Below are positions 11,197 to 25,863 of a stretch of DNA of 64,000 nucleotides, piece by piece. The translations under genes and the position numbers were made by a program. Each line of letters starts with the position of its first letter. The first letter of the stretch is position 1. The stretch comes from Epiperipatus broadwayi (lineage: Eukaryota > Animalia > Onychophora): positions 11,594,001 through 11,658,000 of the forward strand of contig JAQFVV010000005.1 in the NCBI GenBank assembly GCA_028023455.1, read 5' to 3'. Below the pieces are notes generated by a model. It was not told the origin of the DNA and did not search any database. It saw only the letters and a program-made list of their open reading frames with translations.

Positions 11197-12689
11197 TTGT
11201 GCGTTATTAATGATTATTAATAAATTTATTAAAGTTAATTATGATTTTGAAAATATAATTTACCTTGCCAATGCTGTATCGAAACTCAATTTTCCAGAGT
11301 TTCTAGATAATTTCGTCGTAGCTAAATAAATAAAAAAGGGATGTTTGCCAGTGGATTCTAATATAGAATTCTGGCGCCTTTCAAATAAATTAAAAGCTGG
11401 CTTACTTTATCCCATTATTTTAGTAGCTACATTAGTTAAAAGAGTGTTGTGTGACCAGGAAAAATTACTGAATTGTATGACGAAACAAATTTAATAGATA
11501 GGACGTAATTTGGTCACCGAGTACGAGTAGTTAACTCGTTTAAAACACTAAATAAGTAGTTGACATTACACTGTATTAAGAGTTTCTACAGCTAAAGTTA
11601 GTATAGAAGAGCTCTAGCCAAAAATCTAATTCAACTATCTCACAATAAGGTGTTTACTAATTTTCAGAATTAAAGAGACTTTATAGATATTAAATCTCTA
11701 AGGAGTTAAGATATCTTTATGATCTTGTTCTTATCTGGCAAATTTACTTATTTCTGCTAATAATATTATTATTTAGTGTAAATAAACTTTTGAAATTCAT
11801 ATAAACTTTGGTTGTTTTCTCTTATTTATAAAAAATATAATTATCCAATTGCCAACTGATTGCTTGGTTTCTGAATATATAGCACAAATATTTTTGCCAT
11901 TGCCTGGCTATGATGTTTAACGTTACTTCTACTTTATACTAGAGGGCGGTAATGATTTAATTTTTGTGTAAGAGAAAATAACACAAAAACATATTTTCCT
12001 TAAATACCTTTCGATCACCTCGAACTAAATCAAAGCTCTATACAATGTAATTCCTTTTTCTGGGATTTAGGTAAGATTCTATTAATTGACTTATTCTTGG
12101 TATATATTTTTGACTTATGCTTTCAGAAAATGTTTAATATGGCTGCTGACAACATAACGTTGATAATAAAATTATTTTCTAAGCCTAAAATATATTTACT
12201 ATTAATTGGTACATTTTATTTTATTAATTAAAACTTATGAGGATTGCGTGTTGTGAAAAGATGATAATGTTAAATCAAAATGTAAGCTCGAGAAATAAAA
12301 TTTTAAAGGTTTTTTATTTTAACATTGCATTTTACTATTCAATACTAAGTAAAATATCCTTTTTCATCCATTAATACGTTATCAGAATAGTATGAGAATA
12401 GATATTATTTTTATTTTCTATTATATTTTCATCGTTATTTATGTGATCTTCCCAAGATCGATTCCGTTAAAGATTAATGATAATAAACATCCTCGCAAAA
12501 ATTAGAATGATTATTTCAACTTCAAAAAAAGAGGAGGTGGGGGGAGACACTATTCTAAAAATAAGTTTTACACTGACTATACAACTCGATCTGTTAATCA
12601 GAAATATGTCCACATATAGAATAAACTGGATCATTTTTCTGTTTACTTGATATTTTACGATATCTAGTTTTCTCAGCACAAACCTTTTT

Positions 12690-13264
12690 TAAAAAAAGGC
12701 TCACTATATATATATTGCCACACATAGCAAGCTAGAGTAACCAATGGATACCAGAAGGCTTGGGCATAAAATTCCCATCTACCTACTCAACCAATATCCC
12801 CAGACTATTTTCTGGATTATGGCCTTCGTCAGTGAGGAGCCTTGGATGTGAGAGCACTGCACCTAATGCAACCCTCCAGCAACCTTTTATCTCCATTTAA
12901 CTACAAAACTATGAGTCTTAAACTGAATACACTTTAATGTTTTCAATCCAAGCCCATTAGCTTATATAGTCAAATGGGTCTGAACCCAGTTCAGTACCCA
13001 TATATTTTGGGGTCTTTGATTCTTTAATAAGCATAGCCACCACTATCCTATTAGGCAGGATTGGTTTTAAGCCAATAAACATCACATGACCACCACCTCT
13101 TATGCTTGTATATAACTTGTTAAAACAGGCAAAACTCATATATATATTGTCTCCATTGATTACTCTAGCTTGCTGTGTGTGGCAGTATATATATATAGAG
13201 TTTTGCCTGTTTTAACAACAATTATACACAAGCATAAGAGGTGGTGGTCATGTGATGTTTTTTG
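12690..13264. mobile_element. Retrozyme-like family 1 insertion (one minus-strand monomer head-to-head with a short plus arm), 14-bp TSD
   Basis: GCACAAACCTTTTT at 12676-12689 and 13265-13278. Arms meet near 13150. Confidence 0.8.
12789..12847 (-). ncRNA. Type I hammerhead motif, family 1 (CUGACGA core)
   Basis: Minus strand: AUCCAA-GGC-UCCUCA-CUGACGA-AGGC-CAUAA-UCCA-GAAA-AUAG-UC-UGGGGA-UA-UUGGUU. A-U to G-C covariation in stem II relative to other copies. Confidence 0.65.
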
Positions 13265-13289
13265 GCACAAACCTTTTTCTTACTGAAAT

Positions 13290-13870
13290 ACTTAAACGAC
13301 TTGTTTAATTGAAGTCTCTTATAATGCTTTCTATTCTCTGATATATCTTCCCAATGGAAACAATTGACATTCTTTTTGAGATAATCTTATAACATAGTCA
13401 GGTTATACCTCTCTTACAAATCACATGTTCAAGTTCACTATAAAACATCAATTTGTTTTACATATCCAATCAACAAAGCTGTGATTTTACAATAATAGAC
13501 TCGATAATATTACATCCAACAAAGTGAACAACGTGATTTGTTTTACAATCTTGTCATTATATTATTAAAAGTTTATGTAGCTTCTTAAATGAAACTTTTT
13601 ATTGCCTTTATTGCTCTTATAGGATTTCCAATTTTTACAACCATACAGTAAATTAGGTAAAATAACAGCTTTATATTTAATTGCAGTAGTTATTTTTCTA
13701 TGATGAAATAATCTTTTGTAAATCATTAAAAGCAGCAGTAGTCCAATAAGAATCTGTTTAATTTCAACATCTAACTCCTTTCTCAAATTGATAAACATCC
13801 AAATTAAAAACTGCTGAGAATTTTTTTTCCCATCGATGGTTGATGAAGAAACTAAACTTTATAAGTTATA
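13290..13870 (-). mobile_element. Decayed 3' fragment of a LINE (RTE-like) RT C-terminus
   Basis: Translation contains YKAVILPNLLYGCKNW and LFYSELEHVICKRG, resembling the conserved post-RT LINE motifs. Stops and frameshifts present. Confidence 0.55.
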
Positions 13871-16800
13871 TTCAAAACATGAACATTTTGTAAATCATCT
13901 TTTGAACTGGCAAAAATAGCATAGTTATGAGCATACTGTAAATCCAGAATCCAGAAAGATAAATTTTTATATTTGCTTTTAACCAAGTTTTAATTTGAAT
14001 TGATTTTAAATTTTAAAAATCCAGCATTTCTCAACACTTTTGCACTGTGTCCCAACAAATTTGTATTGGTATTGTAACTCAATATTATAAAAATGTAATA
14101 TTTCACAATATAACAAATTAGAATTAAAATGTAAAAGAAATGTGCTGTTGTTTCCATGGTAATAATATGCCTAAATAATTACATTAATCAGGTAAAACTG
14201 ACCATTCATAAAATAAGAATCACTAAAATTTTTATGAATTATATTAATTTCAATCTCTTGTGAAAAAAAAGAAAAATTAACAAAATAAAAATTATAATTT
14301 TATCAAAAAATAAAAACAACTAAGAAATAAAATTAATGATATTTGATAACTCCGTTTTTTAATATTTGATCCATCAAAGACAAATACTAACTACTAGTGT
14401 TTATATAATTTTATTATCATTTTATGATGCCTAAAAATTTTATAAATGCTGATATAGCCCATGCTAAATTATTTTTGTAATATTTTGGCTTTCTAAAAAA
14501 TTATCATCATGCACAGGTATAAGCACTTTCTATTAGTCTTTAATGCTTGGTGTTTTATCATTGTAACAATAAATTTCCAAACAAATTTTAATTAATCTTT
14601 TTGAAATAAACTATATATAGATAAAGAAGCCAATGTACTTATTAAGGCATTTAAAAAAATATGTATAAATAAAACAAAAAACTTATAATGTTTAGAATTA
14701 AATCGAGAGTGGGCAAAGAAAGTTAAATAAAAATATGTATGCTATTTTAATAGATTAAAAGAAGTATTCTTATTTAAGAAAGTGAGTAAAAAAACAATTA
14801 GATTAAAATTTATTAGCTTTTTTGTCTATTGTCACTTATAAATTATGGGTATTATTGCTTAAATCTCTTGCATAAAATTAATACAAACACCAGTTAAATT
14901 GATAGAAATAGAGCTAACAGACCCTGAAATAAGAAGAACGTTCTCAATTAAGTCTTGTTATAGATGTAAAAGGATTTATTTTGTAATAGTTTTATTATGA
15001 TAATTTACAAACTTTCAAGTAAGCAGTTTGTAATATTTATAATGTAATTTTGATAATAGTTGAGTTTATGTTTTATTCATTTCTGAAGCTTTGTAATCAA
15101 GTTTTAAATTTTTCATGAAAAATCAAACGAAAAAAGATCAGGAATGTAATATAATTTATTTACAAAACAAATATGAAAAAAATTTATTTAACAAAACAAT
15201 GTGATTTAAAAACAAAAAAAAAATTTAATATGTTTGACCAATGCAAACAATTGTAAGGAATTAATGATTAGTGAAATGCATTTCCAGAATAAATTAAATG
15301 ACCAATTGATTGTGTGATTTGAATATATATAAGAATTTAACAGGCACACCAATACAAAAAGTAAGCCCGTAATCTATAAGAAAAAAGTTAATAGCAATAC
15401 ATCCATAAGAAAGCGAAATCCTAAAGGTATCAGAATTCATTTAATGTAGATGTTATAAATAGTAGCTACATTTAGATCAAAAACTGTATAAAATTACTAA
15501 ACAGTTTGATCAGTGAGGACAAATTCAAATCATAAATCTAAAAAATTGTGACAGTTTGTACATACTGTACAGTTTTTATGACTTTCAAATATATCAGAAA
15601 TTTTTTCACAACTTTGTAATATTTTTAAAAGTATGTTAAAAACTGTTTATATGCATTTTATTTTTAATAGAATGTCTTCTCTCCCATGTATGATGTTGAC
15701 ACATTAATAAAAATTTTAATTTGATTGCACTGTTTAAGAAACATTGCTTTAAAAATCATTATTCTTTAACATTTTACATTTTTTTAGTAATGCACATATG
15801 TTTTTGTTTTATTTTGTGTAGGTTGGAAGAAATTCACTCGTGATGCAGTGATTGTTTTTTTTTTTTTACAAAAAAAATTGAAGCTCATGCTGTATAATTA
15901 TATCCTAATTGAATAATTAATTGGGTTTGTTGTAAAAAAGATCACTCACAAGTTGTTAGCTGAATATATTAGCCATCGTATTGATCATTCTTTACAAAAT
16001 AAAACAAACATTATGTAAATATACCACTTACTTGATAATCCTTATGAATTATATAATTGCCATTATATGGAAGTGTATTTGTTTGATGATATATAACCTA
16101 TGTCATTAGCAAAGGCTTTATTAGTAAAATAATTGTAATTATTATTCAGAGATAATATTGATTTATTTTTGAGGAAAAAGAAAATTGTAAACTAAGAATT
16201 TAGTGAGATATTATTTCTCAATGTAAGAAGAATCACTAGCAAATTTAATTTAAAGTTTCATTATGCAGAACATTATTAATATACAGAATTGATAATATAA
16301 TAAGAATCACAGAATTAATATAAAGTTCTACCACAGAGAACTGTTATTTCTAAGAAATCTAACATTGAAAATACTAAATACTAATATAATTTAATTTTAA
16401 AATCTGAAATAATATACAATTTTTATGACTGAAATATGCTTGTTTCCAAATGTATATTTGATAATTCCTAAAGTGATTAAATTATCATAAATATGGAAAT
16501 TTTATTTAATTGAAAGTTAATTATTTTTTGTTAAGTATAAGTGATATGGTAAAAGAGTTGAAAATAATTTTTTTATTAGGCATTATTTTGAGACTACTAT
16601 ATAATATATTAATATTGCTCTTACATGTTTTGCTTTTCCAATCTGAAAGTATTACATAAAAAAGGTTTTAATTGCAAGATAATATTTATTTCTGGTTGTT
16701 TATTTTTTGTAACTTATTAAAAAGAAAACTAAAGGATTTATGCTCTTAATTATAATTTATTTGATAAATATAGATTAACAATTAACATTTTTATTCAATA

Positions 16801-17488
16801 TAAATGACAGTAAAATAATCAACAGCAATGACAATGAAATAATCATGAATTAAAAGCATTTTAAAATTTTATTGATGAAATTGACATTGAAGATAAATAT
16901 TAGTTAAGAATTCATTTAGTTTATAAACAAATCTTGGATTTAAAATGTATATAAATTCATAAAAATCAAAAGTTACATTGAAACAATCTCGAAGAAATTA
17001 ATTGAAAGTTATTAGTTAGGATGATAAAATACAATTTAAATTTTTTTTTGCAATTTATTTGACTTTTTTTTTTTGAAAAAGAAGATGTCAAGACATGGGG
17101 GGGGGGGTTGATTGATTGAATGTGTATTCATTAGTTGCCTATCAGGAGATAATCATTCTAACTAGTGAATAAAAAAGTATAATCATTCTAACTAGAAAAT
17201 AAAAAAGTAGACATGCAACAAGAAATTGATTATCACGACTACAAATAAGGATTTGAGTCATAATTATATAGACATTTATTATTTGCTATGCAAAAAAAAA
17301 ACTCTTAATACATCATTTGTGAAGAGAGATTGCCTTGAAATATTGCAGATGAGTTGATGAACAAATTTATGAAGGAGAAAGTGGGAATTATTTACTTTTT
17401 TAATATTTTTGAAAATGAATAAAATGTTTATCTAAATCAAAACAGTGATCAATCGAAAGTGTTACAAACAAATTAAAAATTTTATAAA

Positions 17489-19082
17489 ATGATTTACTGA
17501 GAAGAAAATGATTTCCAATGCAAGTTTTGAATTACGACATGGGCATAAAATTTCAAATGGAAATTTATCAAGAAACATATAAAAGTGAAAAGACATTCCA
17601 GTGCACATTTTGTGATTACAAGACTGGTTTTAAAAGTAGTATAAATAGATGAAAAACACATATTGAATAAAACCCATTCTTCTGTAGTCTCTGCAATTTT
17701 ATAACTGCTTTGAAAGTACATACAGCAAACAAGACGTACAGGAGAAAAATATTTTCAATATATCATATTAAGACTGCTTCAAAAAATGCATTAACTATGC
17801 ATTTAGTGACTTATATTGAGGAAAACAATTCCATTGTAAATTGTGTGATTACACAGCTGCATAAAAATTTAGTTTAAAAGTATATGAAACACTTTACACA
17901 GGAAAAAAACTTTTTTAATTGCAATGTGTGTGACTATTAGAATGCCACAAATCATTATTTAAAATTATATGAAAAAATTCATACTCAAGAAAAAATTTTT
18001 CATTATACTTTATATAGTTGCATGATTGTATAAAGTTTGATATAAATAATCATGAGAAAACACATACTGGAGAAAAGTCTTTTCAATATACATTATGTTA
18101 TTATAAGACTGGTTTAAAAGTAATTTAAATAGTCGTAAAAAACATCTACTTGAGCAAAACGTTTTCACTGCACTTTATGGGATTACAAGACTGCTGAAGT
18201 AAGTTAATTTTCATGTAAAATCACATATGGAGAAAAACATTTTAAATGCAGATTGTGCAATTAAGTCTTATGTAAAAATACATGAATCAAGGCATACAGA
18301 AAAAAATCATTTTTATTGCAGTATATGTGATTACATAAGTGCCAAAAAATATTTTAAAGAACATGAAAAAATATATAAAGAAAAGAATTTCCATTTCAAT
18401 TTATGCAATTACAAGACAGCAGTAAAAAATAAACTTTCATATTCATGGAAAAATGCACACTGTAGAAAAATCTTCCCATTGCAATCTCTGCTGTTTCAAA
18501 ACTGCTTAGAAAAGTAAAATATATCAGACAATACATACAGGACTGGACCATTTTCAGTACACTTTACATGATTACGAGACTTGTTAGAAATAGGTTACAT
18601 ATTCATGAAAAAACACATAATAGAAAAAGTGTTTTCATTGTAGAATAATTGCTCAAGATAGTAATATAAGTAGCAAACTTTTTCTTGCAGTTGTGTGATT
18701 AAATGCCACAAAAAAGTATTTTAAAATACATGAAAGAATGCATTCACAGAAAAAATTTTTACATTGTACTTATATGTGTTTATAAAACTATTATAAAAAA
18801 TAATTTTAAGAGATATGAAAGAACATATATCGGAAAGAAAGCTTTTTAATGTGATTTTAAAACAGCTTGTGGAAATGCTTTAATAAATCATAAGAAATAT
18901 ATGCATCTGAAACATTCTGTGATGTTTGATCAAAATAAACAAAACTGTATTCCAAAAATGTTTCATAGTACTGAAATTTTTAAATGTTATTTGTGTGATT
19001 ACAAAAGCACAGAAAACATTCTGAAAGCCAAGATGGCAGTCATTTCATAGATTGTGTTACAACTGGGATTCTTCGATTATAA
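17489..19082 (+). pseudogene. C2H2 zinc-finger pseudogene, paralog of 828-2162 and 40440-42359 (about 17 fingers by length)
   Basis: Same start context (ATAAAATGATTT...GAAGAAAA) and end (...ATTATAATTTGTTT), recognisable TGTGATTACAAG finger codons, many stops and frameshifts. Confidence 0.9.
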
Positions 19083-19467
19083 TTTGTTTCATTTTTATAT
19101 AAAATTTTTCAGTTTTATGGATTTTTGCATCACTTGAGATTGAATATTAAAGTTTATCTATTGATTAATTGAAAAGCAATTTTGATGAATGATTTTTTTT
19201 TATGATTGAATGTAATTGTTAAGATGCATATGTGAAATAAATCATTTTTTATGTAAAAATTATTGTGTTGTTCAAACTTTTTAAATTTAGATTTATAAAA
19301 AAGGCACTCATGTTTTTACAGAATGTTCTTTGTATTGTGAGAAAATTTGCATAATTTTATTGAAAATTATATAATTGTTACAAATTGCAATTCGTTTCTT
19401 AATGATATGGCTACAAAAATAGTAACTTGAAATTATTTTGAAATAAAAGACACATTCTTATATTAAT

Positions 19468-21193
19468 TGGTAATAGTATAAATACTGAACCCTACCGTTT
19501 GATGGCACTCTTTTTCGCCCCATGCACTTCAGTATACCGATTCACGGGCTGATGGTTTCTTTACAGAATACTACAGTACAAAAAAATTTTTTTTTTCACT
19601 TTCTATACATAAAACAAGAATGTTTTTTTTTTTTTTTTTGCATTTTTAATAATCAAACACTTTGTTTTTATATGGTGTAGAGGGCGGGGGGTGTTTTAAA
19701 TTATCAACTTTTTTTTTTTGATTTTGAGGTTTTTTTTATTATTATTATTTTGAATTATCGTTTTCTTTACATAATACTAGTAAAAAAATTTTTGGTTCAC
19801 CTTTTTCTATACATAAAACTCATTCAGTTTTTTTTTTTTTTTTGCCTTTTTAATAAATACCACTTTGTTTTCAGAGGGTAGGGGGGGGGGCATTGGTTTG
19901 CTTTTAAATTATTGGGTTTTTTTTTGGATTTTGAGCTTTTTTAAAACCTTAAACAATTCAGTTTTAATTAATAAACCGACATTTGGTTTTTAGAGGATGG
20001 AAGGGGTTGGTTTGAATTTTAATTCTTGTCTTTTAGTATCTTTTGCTGATGTACTATTTTAAATGTGTTGGAATGTAGAATACATATAAAGAGATAGATT
20101 AACAAAACATGAATTATTGGAGGGGGGTTGGTTTGCTTTTAAATTATCGACGTTTTCCTTGTCGACTTTTTATTAATTTTGAGCTTTTTTTTTTGTTGGA
20201 AAGCCTTATTATTCAATTCATTTTTAATAAACCAACAGTTGGTTTTTAGTGGGTGGAGGGGGGTTGGTTTGATTTTTAATTATCGTCTTTTATTTTCTTA
20301 TTATGAGGTGTTTTTTTTTAAAAAAATATTTACGCTACCGAAACCTTTATATGATAGCGAAAAGTTCTTCCTTTATTTTTTGCCTTTTTCAAAAAGCCTT
20401 AAAAAAAAACTTTTTTTTTTAGAAAGAGGGCAGGGAGTTATGGTTTGTTTGACTCCAACAGGAGATGAACCTCAAAGCTGTAAGTAACGGGATTTTGGAG
20501 CCATCCAACCAACTTCCCTTACACAGACCCCCAGGTATGCTTGCAGGAGTGGCAATGGAATTCCCCAGATCCTGTAGTTGACTAAAACCATGCTCCTCCC
20601 ACAAATGCATAGCTTCCTATCTGGCAGGATGTTTGTTCTCTTTCTGGAAAACACAACAACATCAACTTCTGTGGCCAGCAATTCACTCCTCTTCAAACAA
20701 TTTTGAACACTTGCCGTGCTGACATTTTTCTGTTCTCGCATGGATTCATGCGTAAACGTGCATTTGTGCGTGAACTCGGCAGAACTCTGCTGAAAACCCT
20801 AACCTTTTCAGGTTGGGTGCAGTTCAAAATCATCTTGAAGCGTGCGTGATGGCCTGACAATTCTTAATATGTAATATTAAATCCACTACGCTTTCTCAAA
20901 ATTTTTCCACAATGAATTTTTTGATAGTTTCGTATCTTTCAAATATGGCCGCCATCAAATCAGACCGTAGTGAGAGTTGAATTGCGCTCACTTGAGGAAT
21001 ACTGTCGCAAGTCAATGTAGTAGTATTTTGTTACATTATTGTAGGATACATTGCCCTCTAGGTGGCTTGTTATGGCTCTAAACAACACTGTTGTAGTGTT
21101 AGCCTTAAGTTAGGCCGCTAAAATGGTATATTGATATGTGTTGTGTGAAAAACGTCATCAAGTGGGTAGGGTTCAGTATTCATACTATTACCC
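19468..21193. mobile_element. Non-autonomous DNA transposon with ~29-36 bp TIRs and probable 2-bp AT TSD (ISL2EU / PIF-Harbinger-like, tentative)
   Basis: Left (T)GGTAATAGTATAAATACTGAACCCTACC vs right GGTAGGGTTCAGTATTCATACTATTACCC. AT on both sides. Absent from the paralogous site at ~6200. Confidence 0.75.
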
Positions 21194-22834
21194 ATTAATT
21201 GTTGAAAAAAAACTGTCTGAAGGAAGATTTTTAAGAGTTTCTGAAATTTTTTTTTGTCTTAATGAAATGATAGTTTATACTATGTTCCACTTACATTTAG
21301 GAAGATTAAATAATTAACAAAAAAAAATATTAATTTTTATGCACATTCATAATACTCTATAAACTATGGGAGTTAAATCTTTCTTCTTATTATTCAGTAA
21401 AATGAAACTATTTTACTGCATACATTTAAGAACTTGGTGTAACTGTGAATTTATAATTTTGTACGTATGGATAAATATTAAAGGAAAAAATAAAAGTAAG
21501 TTTCAATTAGGTTTAATCTTTTTGTTAGGAACTATTATGTCTGGATCATTTTCAGATTGTGCTGGATCTATGTTTTTATATTTCCTCATTATGTAGAAAC
21601 TGGTGTGCACTTATATATGTACACACTTATAAATAAAACTATGATTGTCCAAGTATTATTATGCATGTGTTTAGATGTCACTTTATTGCACCTTAATGGA
21701 TATCAGGTCTCCATTTACAACTTCTTATATACTTTTGTCTTTCATTCTTTTATTTCATATTTTACTTTTTAATATTTCTATTGAAATGAAATAACAAGAA
21801 TTAAATTACTTTTTTTTAAAAATCAAATTTGATTATGTAATTTTTTTCTTTCAATTTTAACCATAATCTTATGACACCCCAAAATTCAAAAATAGTTTTT
21901 TGTATTTGTACTATGATCATTTGATAATTTAATAAAAAATAAATAAGAATTGCATTGTTGATGTGATTTAATGTTAGCATAATTTTTTTATGTATATATT
22001 CTACTATTTATTTTTGTTTATCCCATTTTCACATCCCGACTAATAATTGCAAAACTATGATGTGTGTTTGTGCCTGTATATATAATGTTAAGCAATCTTT
22101 CTATAAGTAGCCCACTGTAGGACAAGTGTAACAATCTTATCTGGAGTTATCTGAAGAAAAGGGCAGAAATTAACAGGATTGCCAGATTGCTTGGTAATTG
22201 TTTGAATGGTTTTTCATTCTTTTATGAGTTTCTGTTTACAAATTGGTAGATATTTATTTATTGATTACTATTGGATGGCAGTCTGGGTTGGCTATGGGCT
22301 ATATATCTGAAAAAAATGAAAACTTTTTGAAAAAAGTTTCAAATATTCACATTTATACCTAAGTCAGCGATTGCAGGTTGGGACATTTCATCTGCACTTA
22401 GGCCTTATTATTAATGTGCAACAGTAATTAAAGACATTTTAATGTGATACACTTGATTTTAATCCTTCAGGAATTTTTTTGTATCAATTTTATTCCTTAT
22501 GAAGAATTGTGAAAAGTATGTTTTGTCATTCACGTATTTCTTAGAAATAAGGATCTTAGCAATGTCAACACTGTTTTTTGTTTAAATGGCTTTTATTTAA
22601 GTTACCAAATTGTTTGTTGGTTTGGTTATTTCATAAATATTTTGAAATTCAGATTAAATACATTTATATTAAATACAATTTGTTCAAATTCTGTACATTT
22701 GTTATAAATCATTGTTACTGCAATATGACACTAAAATATGTTTGTGTAAATGGCTTTTATTTAAAGTACAAATTGTTTGTTGTCTTCGTTATTTATTAAA
22801 TATTTTGAAATTGAGATTAAATACATATATATAA

Positions 22835-23583
22835 CCCTTTGGAGGATCCTTACGAGATGACTCGCAGCCGCTTCAAGTCGCTTGAATCCCATCATTTTTA
22901 ACGCTATGATAAGGATTTTACCGTCATTTGAAAAGTTATAAAAAGTTCCGTAAGATGCCCTCTCTTGAATTATTTTACAAGTAAAAAATCAATAAAACTG
23001 ACGTCAAAGTATAACAAAACAAGTAGGCAGGACGTTCTTCATTTTGATTGGCTGTACCCATCAAGTTCAAAGAGAACCGCTTGTCAAAACCACTCATCAA
23101 AATGAAACTTCTAAGATTTCTTTTCTAACATTTTGAAAGTGATAAACGAATGTTTTAGACCAGTTTAAAAGTATTTTTTCACGTATTTTTTGACATATAA
23201 ATTATTTTGATAAAATATGCTAAAAATAAAATTATTTTAGAAAAATAGTTAAAACTTTAGCAAAATTATTTACTTATCCACACAATGTAAAATTGACCAA
23301 GAAATCACTGACATCTCAAAGCTATTTTGTTGGTCAGTAATATTTGTTTTAAATTTGCCGCCGTTATCGAATATGTTTAAATTATAAATGAAAATTTATT
23401 TTTGAAAAAACTTTCGTTCATTTTCATAACCTGACAAATTATTAATATACTTTTTACAAACAAACTAAAGTGAATATAATATTAAAAGATGAATATATTT
23501 TGACAGTTGAATTTGTGACTTGACCAATTAAAAGTTTACACTTTTACCTCACTTGGCCAATAAAATACAAGTCGCTACAAAGG
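22835..23583. mobile_element. piggyBac-type non-autonomous element at a TTAA site
   Basis: ATAA|CCCTTTGGAG ... CTACAAAGG|TTAA. The adjacent tandem duplicate (~22655-22740) shows the empty site TATA-TTAA-ATACAATTTG. Confidence 0.7.
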
Positions 23584-25458
23584 TTAAATACAATTTGTTC
23601 AAATTTTTTACATTTGGTATAAATCATTGTCAATACAATATGACACAAAAATATTTTACATAGGTCCCCTATATTTGAGATCAAATTTCAAAAGCATTTA
23701 TGTTACTTCAATAAGTTTTCAGTAATGCATGTGAAACATAGGTATATGATATACTGATCAGACTGAGGGTCTTATATGTCCTTATTCCATATATACTAGC
23801 TTAGCTGTGTGATCAAATGTACCATATAAATTCTTACTTTTACTACAGAATATAATTTTAACAAGAGCTCAACTATATTTTTACTCTAATTCTGGTGATG
23901 GTTAGCCAATGGATTACATGGTGATGAAATATTTGTAATTAATGAGCACTAGCCATTTTTACTACCATGGCATTTCACAGCATATGATAAACTAACTCTT
24001 CTTATTAGCACTTTTTTTAAGACTAGTATTTCCCATAATTGCTAGCTTTGTAATCTCTGTTTTGATAATTATTTTTTTATACATCACACACACTCACCAG
24101 CTTATAAGTTTTAATTACTTTGGAATGCTGCCAGGAATAAGTATATAGACATTTTAATAAAATTTAACCATTTAATAATAGTAATAATTAAATTTAAATT
24201 ACAAAAACATTTTCAAATATCACCATTTAACTTCTAGAAGTAGCTAGCATTTTAACATATCCCCTTTAACTTCTAGAAATAAAGCATATTTTCTCTGACA
24301 GATTTTCCCAGTCATTAACAAATAACAAAAAAAAAAAAATCAGTAAACAAAATATATTCTCACCCCTGATTTTAGAGCTTATTAATGTTCATAATTTTAA
24401 GTATGTACTCTTTTGATTCTTTATTATATGTGTACATATTTTAGGTTCCTTTTCTGAAATATTACAATTAATGCTTCTGTGGTTTAATAGCTGATGCTTG
24501 ATTTCTCTAATAGGACAGTCCATTTTCTTGCTTGACTGATTTTTTCTTTCCGATTATTTACCATACATATATGTGAAATAACATATTTGTTTCTTGCTCT
24601 ATTCTCTTGAAAAGCATTGGCTATGAGAATTCATTTTTTTATGGGTTTTTCATTTTTCTTTCTCTGTTCTACAATATATTATTTAAACAAACTTTTATCA
24701 GGCAAAGACATTCTGGAAGCAGGCCCATCATCTCTGGCAGTTAGCACTTATTAAAGGGAAGGGATTATTTATTTATAATAGCTATTCCTCTATAGACATT
24801 ATTAGATTCCATTTTTCTGTTGGAGTCTTAGCTACTTTTCACTTGCAATTATGAACAATGGTGTTAAACCACCACTTGCACATTATTATATTTTTCTTCT
24901 TGGGAGTTAGATTCCTTCCCTGGAGTTTTACTGCAGACAGAAAAGAGAGAGAACAATGAAAAAAACTTTTTTATAGCCCAAAATCTTTTCATTATGTGAT
25001 AGAGTCATGCAGACAAACTAACAAAAATTTTACTTTAAATTTGTTTTATTTATCTCTTTTGCTTCTAATTAATTAATATGATTTTTTATCTTACAACAGA
25101 GTTCAACAAGTTAATTTTCTTACAGATCTATTTATAACAAAAGAGATAAGTTTAACATACAAAATAGAAAGACTTAATTAAAATTTACTTTTTTATCTTT
25201 TAGAAAAAAAATATTAGAAGTTATTTTTTCTTTTTGTTTTCTCACAAAGTTTAATAAACTTGAATACTTTTACTTTAATATCTAACCAAGCAGGGTTTTG
25301 CACATGTAAATCTACTATTTAACACAATTAATTAAATACAATAAATAAAAAAAATACAATTTGAAATTTTCTTTCTCTTTTTTTTAAAAAAGAAAATGCC
25401 CCTTTTATTTTTAATGAAATGAAAATTAAAGGGTTTGAGCCTAGCAATATATATATAT

Positions 25459-25863
25459 TGTAACCTCTCTCTCTACAACGCACCGGGCCCTTAAAGTTGG
25501 GCCACGACAATCTGCCCTCTCACACGAGCCCACCACGTTACGCCACAATCTACCCTCTCACCCTACATGTATTTACGTGTACATGTGTACTCCACTTCTC
25601 CCAAAATAATAATATAATATAGTGAAATCGCCTCACCGGGTTCTAGCTCTAATAATTAATGAGATATTCAATTAAATACTTTACTAGCTCAGGTTTCTTA
25701 AATTACCTTAGGTTCTGTTTTAGACTAACTCAAATAACTATTCTATAATTCATAAGACTAGAAGTGGAAATAAAGTGACACAGTAGATTGCATTGAGATA
25801 ATATCCCATAGGATACCACCTCAATGGCATAAGAACACTATCCCCCCTTATACTACTGTTACA
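25459..25863. mobile_element. Probable solo LTR (405 bp)
   Basis: TGTAAC...GTTACA termini; flanks TATAT / TATAA (4 of 5 match); CpG-richer than the surroundings. Confidence 0.5.

Larger units (their letters stand above)
14650..22740 (+). repeat. Segmental duplication block, copy 2 (divergent; contains the ZF pseudogene)
   Basis: 14690-15000 resembles 34520-34850; 15140-16400 resembles 37540-39110; the post-CDS region resembles 2160-2500 and 6150-7600. Boundaries approximate. Confidence 0.8.

Noticed and set aside
11372-11378. TGGCGCC as a tRNA primer-binding site
   Set aside because: Not adjacent to the proposed LTR end and no extended tRNA complementarity seen.
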